Below are positions 42,401-54,800 of a DNA stretch of 64,000 bases, piece by piece. The notes below the pieces were generated by a model, which ran no database searches, had not been told where the DNA came from, and was given only the letters and a program-made list of their open reading frames with translations. The translations under genes were made by a program, and so were the position numbers. Source of the stretch: Convolutriloba macropyga (taxonomy: Eukaryota); assembly GCF_964194025.1 (NCBI RefSeq), contig NC_134470.1:54622001-54686000 (forward strand). Reading direction: 5' to 3'. The number at the start of each line of letters is the position of its first letter. Within the stretch, counting starts at the first letter, position 1.

Positions 42401-42760
42401 ATTTCGACTGGTTTTATGTAATTTTTGATTAAGTCTGTTGAAAGCGTTTGATCGTTTTTTTCTTTCAGCGTTGGTTTATCACCTAGTCTTTTCTCCAAGC
42501 ACCGCAGCTGATTAAGACCACTGTAATAATTGTTCTCCAAAAGGCAAGGCGTTTTTCAGGGAAAACCAATTTCATATCTCTCAGAGTTATGTCGGATAGT
42601 TTTCCGAAAATCCATTAAGGCATTATTGTCTTCATCTGAAAGAACAGAACTGTTTTTTTGGTTTTGTTCACGTTCAATTTTCCAGAATTGCTCAACTGAT
42701 TCGCTTAAATATGGTTCTTCCGTCTGCTGTCTTGAAACATGATAAATAAATGGTTTGGTT
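39460..42760 (-). pseudogene. BEL/Pao pol (RT, RNase H, integrase), disrupted
   Basis: RT YLPHH, LNSNILTGPDLL, FYMDD; RNase H HIFVDAS, VPKLE, NPADRGSRG; integrase DFFGP, SDN, LNSRPL, WPLGRI; split over several ORFs. Confidence 0.93.
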
Positions 42761-43042
42761 GTTGTTGAATGATGTCTAAATGTAGATTCGAAGGATTGAG
42801 AGAAGTTTCATACTCCCCAGCTAATGTCCATCCAAGTTTTGTTTTCACACTAAACGGTTGAATTATTTTTCCGGGTATTTTTTTGATTGGGTGAGTGTAA
42901 GCAAAAGTGTTTACACTTAAGAGGGCTCCATTTTTGCCACCAGCAACCTGAGGGAAATAGATATGACGGAGATTATTAAACGTGTCACATTTTGATTCAA
43001 CTCAAATACGTTGGCTGGTGTGACTTTCATTGCTGGCGTGCT

Positions 43043-46000
43043 CTATGCACGAGATATCTCAAAGCTTTGTCTCAATGATTTATTTGGAGTGATAATGACT
43101 GGCGCTGTTATCTTCGAGAGTGGCATTTTGTTCTGGGTATTCACGTATTGGAGTGTAGTTGATGTCTGCGCTTCGCAAAGAAGTGCTAGAAAGGTTATTA
43201 TGGTGTCAAGCAACAACGTGAAGTGGCTACCATGATCTATGAGTGCATACGTATCAAAGGCCTGGTTGCCATTGACAAAAGACACCGGCATCTGCTGTAG
43301 TTGTTCAAGCCAGTCTCTCAGAGGAGACGGTTTTTTATTTACGCAGAAGCTTTGATTGTTTGAAGGAGAATCGAGGTTACTTCTCTGAGTATTTGACTCT
43401 TTCGTTTTACCAAAAGGTTGTCCAAAGCGACAGTGTTGTTGTTTGTTTTGGCTTGGTGACATTTCATTTGATGAATGCTGTGTAGGACCAAATGGAGCAG
43501 ATCCTATGGAGAATGCTGCTGGCAGTCGTTTCACTTGTTTTGAAAGGTCGTGTAGAGTAGAATGATGTCGGCCGTTGCAGGACTGGCATTTCTTTTGTGA
43601 AGAACAATTTTGTCTGAGGTGATTATTGCTCAAACAATTCGTGCACAATTTGTTTTTGATAACGATTTTATATTGATCTTGTGGTGATTGCTTTTGGTAG
43701 TCGGGACAAGTTGCCAAAAAATGGTTTTTATTGCAATGGGGGCAATGTCGGTTGTTTTGCTGTTTTCCGTTAGTTTTTGTGTTGTTTGAGGTACTTAAGG
43801 AGGATGACCACTTCCTATTAGAAGTGGTAATTTGTGGTGTAATTGCAGGCTGCAAAACAGTGCTAGAATTGTCTTTGTCAAATAAGTTTTGGTTATTTAT
43901 TTGTGATGACGGTTTTTAGTGAGCCATCGGAACATTAAAGTCTTTGACGTAGTCTATGTTGTTTTGTTGTTGTCTAACGTAAAGGTTTGCTCACGATTGA
44001 TGGTATTGTAAATTTGAGCATGAAGTTCTAAAATTTGTTGAAAGGAACAAAGTGACGTTGGTTCAGCTGTTGTTGTGAGCCTATGTTCAGTCCATTTCAA
44101 CAAAGTATTGTAGGGAACTATTTCTTTCGGTTTTTTGAGCAATGCGGAACTCTGAATGTCTACCTAGAAGCCTAGGTATTTAAATGTTTGAACTAAGCGC
44201 TTTAGAAAATTTGAGAATGCAACAAATGATTTTTTATTATTTGAATCAGTGTTGTGCCATGAGTTGAGTTGATTTATAAAGGCCTCACTACAACACTTGG
44301 GTCTCCAAAATCTTTCATCAGTTCATTTAGAGCTGTTTCATAATACGCTGGGTTACAGGAGTACAACTCAATGATTTGTTTTGCTTTTCCAGAGACTGAG
44401 TTTTGGAGATACGAGATCCGATGTGTGTCAGTTTTATCAGTATTATTATGAACCATAGAAAAGAAATTGTTTATCCATTCATGGTATCGCAGAGGGTTGT
44501 CATTGAAGTGCTGTATTGTCAGTGGTGTTAGTTTGATGGCTTGCTTGTTACTTACCACGTTGTTAGCAATGAAGTTTTCGCCTAGGTTTTCTGGAACTGG
44601 TGGTGGCTGACATTGCGGTAATTGATCATATTGAGAAGCATTTCGGTTGCTGGTATCATTAAACATTGCAAATGTTGAACCAGGCAACTGGTAAATTTCA
44701 TTTTGGCAGTTATTGTTGTTGTTATAAATTGTTCTGGCAGGGGATCTGTGGTTCAATTGTAAATGATCAGCTGGGTACTTTTTGTCTGATTTTGGTAGAC
44801 CTAGCAACTGGTTCACCGCTGCAGAATTACAATCATTTATTGTTTTTATCCTGTACGGTTGTACAAAGTGACGTGGATCGATGTTATTCTCAATCTCATT
44901 GCGAACTAAGTGGTTGACGAGAAGCTGTTGCTGGTGTAAATTCTGCCATGACTGTGAACTTCCAGTTATCTGGTCTTCTGTATTGTGCGCAATATTCCTC
45001 GTTGCGTCACGTTTCACTATGTTAAAAGGATGTTTTAACAGCTCTCCATTTGCATCAAATACATTATTCCCCTTTTCGTTTGAAAAAATTGTGTTTTGCG
45101 AAGTACCAAGGTTTATTTGAGTACTCAAATGAGAAGTGGACACGAGTACTGTGGGATAACTGTTCCTTACTTCTGAAGGAATCGTAGTTTCTGCCGTAGT
45201 ACCAGCAGTAAACGGATAACTTTTAGAAGGATTTCGGTTGCTGGTATCATTAAACATGGCAAATGTTGAACCAGGCACCTGGGAAATTTCATTTTGGCAG
45301 TTATTGTTGTTGTTATAAATTGTTCTGGCAGGGGGTCTGTGGTTCAATTGTAAATGATCAGCTGTGTACTTTTTGTCTGATTTTGGTAGACCTAGCAACT
45401 AGTTCACCGTTGCAGAATTACAATCATTTATTGTTTTTATCCTGTACGGTTGTACAAAGTGACGTGGTTCGATGTTATTCTTAACCTCATTGCGAACTAA
45501 GTGGTCGCCGAGGAGCTGTTGCTGGAGTAAATTCTGCCATGACTGTGAACTTCCGGCGATCTGGTCTTCTGTATTGTGCGCAATATTCCTCGTTGCGTCA
45601 GTGTTCACTATGTTAAAAGGATGGTTTAACAGCTCTCCATTTGCATCATATATATTATTCCTCTTTTCGTTTGACAAAATTGTGTTTTGCGAAGTACCAG
45701 GGTTTATTTGAGTACTCAAATGAGAAGTGGACACAAGTACTGTGGGATAACTGTTCCTTACTTCTGAAGAAATCGTAGTTTCTGCCGTAGTACCAGCAGT
45801 AAACTGATAACTTTTAGAAAGATTTCGGTTGCTGGTATCATTAAACATGGCAAATGTTGAACCAGGCAACTGGGAAATTTCATTTTGGCAGTTATTGTTG
45901 TTGTTATAAATTGTTCTGGCAGGGGGTCTGTGGTTCAATTGTAAATGATCAGCTGTGTACTTTTTGTCTGATTTTGGTAGACCTAGCAACTGGTTCACCG

Positions 46001-48480
46001 TTGCAGAATTACAATCATTTATTGTTTTTATCCTGTACGGTTGTACAAAGTGACGTGGTTCGATGTTATTCTTAACCTCATTGCGAACTAAGTGGTAGCC
46101 GAGGAGCTGTTGCTGGATTAAATTCTGCCATGACTGTGAACTTCCAGCGATCTGGTCTTCTGTATTGTGCGCAATATTCCTCGTTGCGTCAGTGTTCACT
46201 ATGTTAAAAGGATGGTTTAACAGCTCTCCATTTGCATCATATATATTATTCCTCTTTTCGTTTGACAAAATTGTGTTTTGCGAAGTACCAGGGTTTATTT
46301 GAGTACTCAAATGAGAAGTGGACACGAGTACTGTGGGATAACTGTTCCTTACTTCTGAAGAAATCGTAGTTTCTGCCGTAGTACCAGCAGTAAACTGATA
46401 ACTCTTAGAAGGAATTCGGTTGCTGGTATCATTAAACATGGCAAATGTTGAACCAGGCAACTGGGAAATTTCATTTTGGCAGTTATTATTGTTGTTATAA
46501 ATTATTCTGGCAGGGGGTCTGTGGTTCAATTGTAAATGATCAGCTGTGTACTTTTAGTCTGATTTTGGTAGACCTAGTAACTGGTTCACCGTTGCAGAAT
46601 TACAATCATTTATTGTTTTTATCCTGTACGGTTGTACAAAGTGACGTGGTTCGATGTTATTCTTAACCTCATTTCGAACTAAGTGGTCGCCGAGGAGCTG
46701 TTGCTGGAGTAAATTCTGCCATGACTGTGAACTTCCAGCGATCTGGTCTTCTGTATTGTGCGCAATATTCCTCGTTGCGTCAGTGTTCACTATGTTAAAA
46801 GGATGGTTTAACAGCTCTCCATTTGCATCATATATATTATTCCTCTTTTCGTTTGACAAAATTGTGTACAAGGGTTTATTTGAGTACTCAAATGAGAATT
46901 GGACACGAGTACTTTGGGATAACTGTTCCTTTCTTCTGAAGAAATCGTAGTTTCTGCCATAGTACCAGGAGTAAACTCATGACTCTTTTCTGTACTCATT
47001 GCGGTTTGCTGTACATTCTGAAAATGAATATGACACACTTGCTCTGTGAGACTTTGTACATAATTGTCAAGTTCTCCAGAATCAACTCTCGGTTCTTGAA
47101 TTTTTGTTTTTGGTCTGACAACTGCTGGCACTGTTTGTTTGCCACTTACATTATCTCTTGTAGCGGAAAAAACCTGCAATTCCGATTGGTTCTGTGCAGT
47201 AGAACTTTTTAAACCGATCTGTGTCTCACGGTTTTTCAAAAGTACTTGATCCTTTTTGTTGAGCTTGAATTAATAAAAAGGGGTCCTGGGGTTGTTCATA
47301 TGGTCGTGTTACATGTTGAATGGCACTAGGGGAGATAGTTGTGAAAGTTGACATGTTATCAATATTGTTAGGTACAGGAAACTGATTGTAAGGTTTGTTC
47401 TGAATACAAATTTCATTACCAAATTGATGCGTCTGCAGGAATGTATCCTAAGCGGGTATTTTCTTTTGTTGAGTTATGTTATGCTTAACGTTGTTTTTAC
47501 TATATCCTGAAATATTTTCAGCTTTTTGTTTAGAATTTTAAATTTTGGTGTTATGTTGTTTGGTTTTAAAAATTGTGATTGTGGCTGTTGACAGTTTAAT
47601 TTTTGGCAACTGAACAAAATTTTTGCTGGAGGTTACATCAACCTCAAACAAAACGTCTATTGGTTGCTTTGTTGGAAGTAATGTGATGTCTCTTGATGCG
47701 TTGGGATTCAGTTCGTCAGTTTGAGTTGTGTCAAAGGCAGACGGATTTGTGGATGTATCCAGTTGTTGGTTCGCCTTTGCCTTTTTTGCTGAGAAGGTTT
47801 GACTAGTTCTCAGAAATTTTGATAACAGTGGTTGTGTATTGCTGTTTGTTGGCAAAAACAGGGAAGGTTTTGTCCTGGGAGGTATAGGTGGAGGTTGAAG
47901 TAGAGCTTTAACGTCATTATTGTTGTTCTGAACCGCCTGTTTCGACTTCTCGGTTCGTGTTGGCGATGATCTGTTGGATTCAAGAAGGCGTGAGCTGCAC
48001 TTCGGGCTGACGCTAATGTCATCTCGTAATCGTGTGGACGACTGGCTAAGTTGTCCGTCGTCATCCAGGCTATTGACTTCATGTTCGAAGATCTGCAATT
48101 TCGAGAGAAGGTTTGACTGTCTTTCTTTTTTTAATGAAACTGTGCTTGGATGAGGGTTTTCGAGGAAAACTTTTTCAGCGGCTTTTCTCAGTTCTTCATT
48201 TGTTTCTTTGATTTTGTTGGTTTTCTTGAAGAGTCAGCGTTCTAAGATTTTTTCTCTGCAAAATTGTGGTTTGCAGAAGATCGAGGTGATTCTTGAAGTT
48301 CAATTCTGACATCTTGAAAATGTACACTGCCATTTGGCAGCTCTGAGAGTTTTTCTTTGTCATCTTGTTGTTTTGATCTTTTTGTTTTTTCCGACTTTTT
48401 TCTTAATTAGAGATAGGAAAAAACGGCTAGAACATTTCTTCGCACCGCAATTTTTATGAAGTAAGGGGGTTGATATTCCC
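43043..48480 (-). pseudogene. BEL/Pao gag-protease, disrupted
   Basis: Capsid-like (DUF1759-type) KLTPLTIQHFNDNPLRYHEWINNF...SYLQNSVSGKAK...FGDP; three BEL-type zinc knuckles CPHCNKNHFLATC, CTNCLSNNHLRQNC, CQSCNGRHHSTLH; protease ALIDHGS. The 5' boundary is approximate. Confidence 0.9.
44641..46990 (-). repeat. About 4 copies of a 591-bp (197-codon) tandem unit inside gag
   Basis: Anchor CTGGTATCATTAAACAT recurs at 44650, 45241, 45832 and 46423; the peptide repeat is visible in ORFs 44274-45398 and 45399-46529. Confidence 0.95.
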
Positions 48481-50239
48481 AACACCAATTCAACAATTAG
48501 ACCTAATAATGTGTTTTTGGTTTGATAATTTTACCCAAAGGAAATCCATCCAAAAACTGTTACACTATAATTGAAGCTAATTATAGCTTTATGATTTTTC
48601 GTTTGAGAAAAACGGAAAACTCTCGAACTTGTGGACGTAAACCGTTTTTTTTCTCAACAGACTCAAATAATTGCTAGTTTTTTTTATGAGCTTTTGACCA
48701 ATAAACTTAGGTTGACTAAATAATTGTTACATTAGACCAAGGACTTTTGCTTTTGTTAGTTGCTCGCAATTAAATTCCAGATGTTTTTTTCCTGCGAGTG
48801 AATGATACCCTAACCAGTTGTGTCTGAGGCAAGGAATAGAAAAAAAAGCTTCACTTAATTCGTAATTAGGAAAAAGGCCATGCGTTCAGGCAGCACGAGC
48901 TACTGAACACAAATTAGGTAGCCTGCAAAGAAACTTTTTTGTAGAGAGATCTTTTCTGTTGAACAGTTTTTTATTTTTGTTGTTTTGAACACCAAACTGA
49001 AGAATCTTTTATGTGAAGGTAACATATGAAACTAGTCTTTAATCATCAATCTTCATCATCTTTTAAGGTGACGTCTGAAGTCAGTTTTTCTACTGTGACA
49101 GTTGGTGACTACTGTGACCTTTGGAAAAAAAATCCTTCGTCTAATTGGTAACGTCTGTAACCTGGGAAAAAGGACTTCAACTGTAGCTGCTAAGACAGAG
49201 GACAAATTAAAAGAAAAATCTGAGCTTTGTAGAAGCTATGTTGCCATAAGTATTGATCAAAATTTTGCTATCTGAGTTGGATAATTGCATGAAGCGTACA
49301 AAATGATCTTGCTTATCAGCTAGTTTTTTGATCAATTGTTTTTAATTATTCTGGCTCATGTAGCTTTCACTTTTCAATGACTTAGCAAAAGCAGCAAAAA
49401 AATTTTGTTTTGCTTAATGAATTATTGCTGCTGTTTTAAACTAGCAAAGAGCTTTTCTTTCCAATAAAAGTGCAGCCATTCATCTAGAAAGAAAAAGCGA
49501 AAAGTTGAAAAAGATCTCAAAAAACTTTTAGATCTGTTTCTGAAAGGGTAAAACTTTTCTATCAAAACCTTTTCGCAGCTTTTTTTATAAGCAAGCGTGT
49601 CTTTTTCTCACAGGATAAAACGACACTCGATTTCTGTTTTGATGCGCCTGAGTTTTAACTGTCATCAACTCTTTATTATCGAAAAGTTGCAAAAGAATCA
49701 TTAATTTTTTTGTCCAAAAGTGAAATATTGCCAGAACTTTCAGAAAACTAACAGTTGCTTCTTTGCTCACGCTATGGTAAGAAAAATTTGAGTTTTGAAT
49801 CAATGTTTTCTAAAGGGGGAACGTTTCATCTGCGTTCATCTGCGGTAACTTCTGAAACCGAAAACAAATGTCATGGCCTTCTCTAGGTAACTACTGAAAC
49901 CTATATTTTCCAAAAAAATCTCACAGTTCAGATTTTGATTTGTTTTTGGTATAGTAAAAACAAAATGTCGTCAAAAATACCCATTGTCAGAGAATAGCCA
50001 TTGTCATAGAATACCCATTGTCGTAGAGCACCAACATGACAGAATTCCGCCAACAAGTAAATCTTTTAGAATTCCAGTAACTGTGTAAATTAGAATTCCA
50101 CCACCAAACAACTGTCATCAATAAATTCAAATTATGTTTAATAGAGCGGGCGGAAAAAAGGGGGTGCTTCTGAGCAAGAAAAAAAATGTTTATCAGAAGG
50201 ATTGCAAAAAGAATTAGCACAGAAAATCACCTTAAACTA

Positions 50240-50435
50240 TGTACTCTATGTGTAGAGAACACGTTTCTAGTAATGTAAATTCAGTAAGATAATGTTGACT
50301 TCAGTCTCTTTTATCGGAGAGTTACTGTTTTGCACGTGTTATTTGGACAAAATCAATTTCCCACTTTTTTGGCGGGAAGAGTTTCAACTTTTCTAATCTT
50401 GGCTTTTGCCATCTTGAATTGCTGCATCATCAAAA
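50240..50435 (-). repeat. 5' LTR of the BEL/Pao element
   Basis: Matches 39138-39333; on the minus strand the terminal TG has mutated to TT. Confidence 0.9.
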
Positions 50436-51443
50436 AAACATTTTCAAAGCGAAAATTACATCTTCGCTTTTTCGGCTGTTATCCGACTTGACTAGGTTCT
50501 ATTTCCTTCTTTCTGTTGTGAATGAGTCAAGATTTATTCATTGCACTCGGGAATCAGTTTTGATTGTTACATCAGTAAAATTTTTATTTTAAATGTTTAG
50601 TAACATAAGATGGCGGGTATGATCGCTCTTTATTGGCGGATCCAAAAACACTGAAAACTGAACGTCAATTTAAATTCAGTTTTCAGTTAATTCATTCAAT
50701 GATATTCAATCAATTGATAAACAATCACGCTTCATTTTCCGTTCTGATATCTCTTAGATTTCTTGAAAAATATCATTACCATCTTGAAATATAACATTTT
50801 TTTAAAAAAATTTTTACGAATAACGTTTCAGAACTCTCATTTGTTTTTTGTAGTCGAAACAGAGAAAGGATAAGAATATGATGCGACATTTTCTATAATG
50901 GTGATACCCGAAAACAGATTGTGCGGATCATCTCCTATATATGATGTGTTGAAAACTTTCAACTGTTCATGAGATAAACCATCTACAAATTGAGTGGATA
51001 ACGTGCTGGAATTCAAGTGTCAATTGATGCGCTGAGTGACATCTAGAGAGTGAAGGTTTTCTCAATGAAAGCTACTTTTTTTTTAAAAAAAAATATAGTG
51101 GATTAGAAAACTTCTTTCGGAAATTCCAGTTACAGACCTTGACTTATGAAAAAACTATATTCAAGCAAAAAATTGAATGGAAAGACCGTGCTCAGCAAAA
51201 GCTTATGAAAAGATTTTGGCTTAAATTTAGCAAACAGCTGTACGTTAGCCCGACACCAATTAAGGAGGCTAAATTTTCGCTCTGCCCAAATTTTTATGCT
51301 TAACTTATGCTTGGCCAAAATTTTTCCATGCTTAACTTTAGCTCGTCTCAGAAAATTTTTCCATTTTCTCTCCTCAAAAAACAACTAAAATACCAAAAAA
51401 GGGTCAAGCTATTGTCAAATCATGAGTCGAGATGAATCATTCA

Positions 51444-51876
51444 TTGTCAAATGAAAGAAAGTAGTTTACAATTAACAGCCTTCTGCCCGTGTGCCACGAT
51501 GAAAATGTAGAACTTTTCAGTTGTTTTCTCATTCAAAAGAAACAAATGTCATTTTTTTTAAACAAGAAACACTCGAGATTGATAAGTGTTCCCTCAGAGT
51601 TGTCATAAATCATGAATTTAACTTGCCGACTATGTGTAAAAGAACGGCTACCTTAATTTTATAGCTCACATATGCTCATAACGTAGTCAGCAAGTTCGAT
51701 TCGTGAGTTCCGACAACTCTGAAGGAGCACATATCAATCCCAAGTGTTTCTTGTTTTAAAAAATTGACATTTCGTACGTTTAAAAGAGAAAACAACTGAA
51801 AAGTTCTACACTTTCATAGTGGCACATGAGCAGAAGGCTGTTACTTCTAAACTACTTTGTTTCATTCAAATACAAT
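51444..51876. repeat. Foldback / long imperfect inverted repeat (arms about 190 bp, loop about 45 bp)
   Basis: e.g. TGTAGAACTTTTCAGTTGTTTTCTC (51506) is the reverse complement of GAGAAAACAACTGAAAAGTTCTACA (51786). Confidence 0.9.
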
Positions 51877-54800
51877 ATAGAGGCAATGAGTCAAGTAGCA
51901 ATAACTGCTTTATCTTAAGAATCTTAAGAGTTACAAACTTTGCAATCTTTGGCAATCATTAAGCTGTCTTTCCGGTTGGACTGCTCTTGCGCAATGCTCT
52001 TTAATCTTGCTCGGCTGCTGCTTCAGGATGAATACTGATACAAAAATGATGAAGTAGAAATTTTCGAAACAGCAGATTTATGAAAAATTTTCATACGCGT
52101 GAAAAGGCCATACTCTATCCATAAAACTTATGAAAGTACTTTTATTGGACACATGAAAATACTTTTACTTACGCTTGAGTAGGAACCCGACTGAAAAAAT
52201 TTTGCACAAAAAGAATCTCCCCACTTTTTGATTCCCTTCTTAAGCTAAACCTGAGTTGCGAGTTGTCTTTTTTCAAGCTCACTGGGACATTTACGAGCTC
52301 AATAATAATGATAGTATCTGAGTTCATTATCACTTGCACTTCAGATGAACAGTATCTTAGTGGTCTGAATCTATAATGCTCAGGAATGTACAGTTATTCC
52401 GAAGGTAAACATAGTTTTCATACGAACGTTTAGTAATGTTGCAAATTTACGTGACTCTGGAAATATCTTTTCGAAATTCCGCCGAGTTTCTGGAACTGCA
52501 ACGCGGTTCTCGATTACTGGCAGATCTTCTGAGTAAATTCAGGAAAATCGTATAAATTAAACATTCAACAGTTCATCGAGAAATGACAGAGGAACATTAT
52601 GTAAATTTCCTGTATTCTTGCAATTTAGTCAGATTGAAAGAAATAGGCAAAACGGACTGAAAAAATTCTGGAATGCTTATCGTCATGTTCACTGTATAGT
52701 TGATGGCATTTTTTCAGTAACTGGCTTTCAAAAATTAGGAAAAAAGGAAAATGTCTGCATTAGATTTGTCATGTTTAAATTCCTTTTTTGAAGTCCAGAA
52801 TGAAATGAAAGATTAAAAACTGAAAAAAAAAACTAAAATACATTTGGAGCACAATTTATTAATTTGGTTAACTTTATTGCTAAATTTGTACCCTTCAGTT
52901 TTAAAGACATTTTAAAAGCTTCATACAAGATAGACAGCTGGAGTAATGTTTCCAGAAATTAAAATGAAACTAATTTGCCTGTTTGCTGCAAAACAAAAAC
53001 AAGAATTTCTGAGGAACTATTTTTCTGCGTATTTTAACTTTTGTGTGTTAAAGTTTGCATTTGTTACTAAAGTTAATTACAATCAAATTCGATTAAAAAT
53101 CTGTCAAAATAAACTATCAAAATTATTTTGTCTATTTTGTTGTGTTAGTATCGTTATACAATCGCTATACAAACCACTTTTAGAGCAAATTTTGTCGTTC
53201 ACTTCTGGTAGTACAGCAAAAGTTAAAATAAATGTGTACTTCTAAGAGTTTCAAAGAGTCTGAAAGTCTTTTAAAAAATATCAAGATTAACCAGAATCAA
53301 AACAGGGTTACAAGTTGAGTTATCGGAACAAAAAATGAGACAAGCAGAAAACTAATGATTTTAATGTAAATCTAAAAACGTTTTATATTTTGTGATTTTT
53401 TTTCGGTTCTTCAGAGATAAACCAATTTTTATTTTGTTAAAACAACAGATGTTTACAGTCAGTCCCAAATAATATGACAATTTTTAAAAGGCTAAAAAAT
53501 AGCCTGCTAATTTGGCGTTAAATTAATTTTCTCAAATGTTTTGCAGTAGAATAGGCAAACCAAGGGTTTTTTTATTTTTTATTTTGCAACTATTAAATAA
53601 AATGCTTCAACCTGCAGATTATGGCGCTATTTTTTACTTTTTGCAATAATTTGAAATAGACATTTTTTTAATTCTTCGCTTATTTTTATACGAAAACTAG
53701 AAAAAAAACATTTTCTCTTATTGATTATTGTTAATAGTAGTGACATGCACAACCTAACAAATTTTATTCGTAGTTTTAAACTCTTCGAATCTAGCTATTA
53801 ATATAAGTTTAGATTGTCCCTCTGTATCACATAACACTTTTTTCGCTAAATTTTCTCTTTGCTAACCAATTTTTATGCATGATTGGTATTAAGCAAACCA
53901 ATCATTATTGAAGTCTTAAGTCGCCAGCTTAAAGGAATCTAATGTTCACAATTTTTTTTGTAGATTTTTCAGAATTGGCTATTTAAAAAAATTTAAAAAA
54001 ATATTTTTAATATTTTTTAATAAAAGTTAAGTTCCCTTTATCAAAGTACTTTATTGGTTGTTTGTAAGCAAAAGGAATAAACAAAGTCTTGCCAGTTGCT
54101 AATTAAAATTGACCCCAAAACTTTTTAGGCTGCTCCTTTGTATTATAACTTCGGTGAATTTCTTTGGTGCATAGATATGATTGTTTACATACAAAATATT
54201 TAGCTAGAAATCAATTTATTTCTAGCTAAATGTTTAACTTAGTGACTGTTTTGACCAATGTTGCTATTGCTAAATTAATTAGGAAGATTTTAACTCTCAA
54301 TGCAAAAGAAAATCTGTTCAATGCTAAGAAGCAGTTGTAACCAGCAAAAAAAATTTAAATTAAGTTTTTTTAAGTGTATGTATATTTCCTAAATGTTTAA
54401 GCATGCAGTTTATTTTAATTAGAAGTTTTAACTAAAATTTAATGCAATATTTGGAATTAAATCACGGGATAACAATATCTGTTTACAATCAAAAACAAAA
54501 TTATATTCTCTCACTGGGAAGCACTGTCTGCCAAACTTCGATGAGTTCAAAAACTATTATTATCCCTTTCCATAAGTTATTTTCAATCACTACTCATATT
54601 TCTTTTAAAAAAAATTTGCACATTAATCTGATTTCAAATTTTTTGAAAGTCTGTTATGGCCTTATTTTTTTTAGTTTTTATCTTTTCAAGAAATTGCTTC
54701 GCTAAATTGAACGCAAATGGTGTTCGGTTCTTTTGTGATTTAGAATTGGTTGTCTAATAAACGGGGGTAAGAATTTTATAATTGTAACGTACGTGGCTTT

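Larger units (their letters stand above)
39138..50435 (-). mobile_element. Full-length decayed BEL/Pao LTR retrotransposon
   Basis: 196-bp direct repeats at 39138-39333 and 50240-50435; TSD AAACA at 39133-39137 and 50436-50440; minus-strand order gag, protease, RT, RNase H, integrase, with many stops and frameshifts. Confidence 0.95.

Noticed and set aside
39527-47212. Plus-strand ORFs over the BEL element
   Set aside because: Antisense shadows of gag-pol and its 591-bp repeat.
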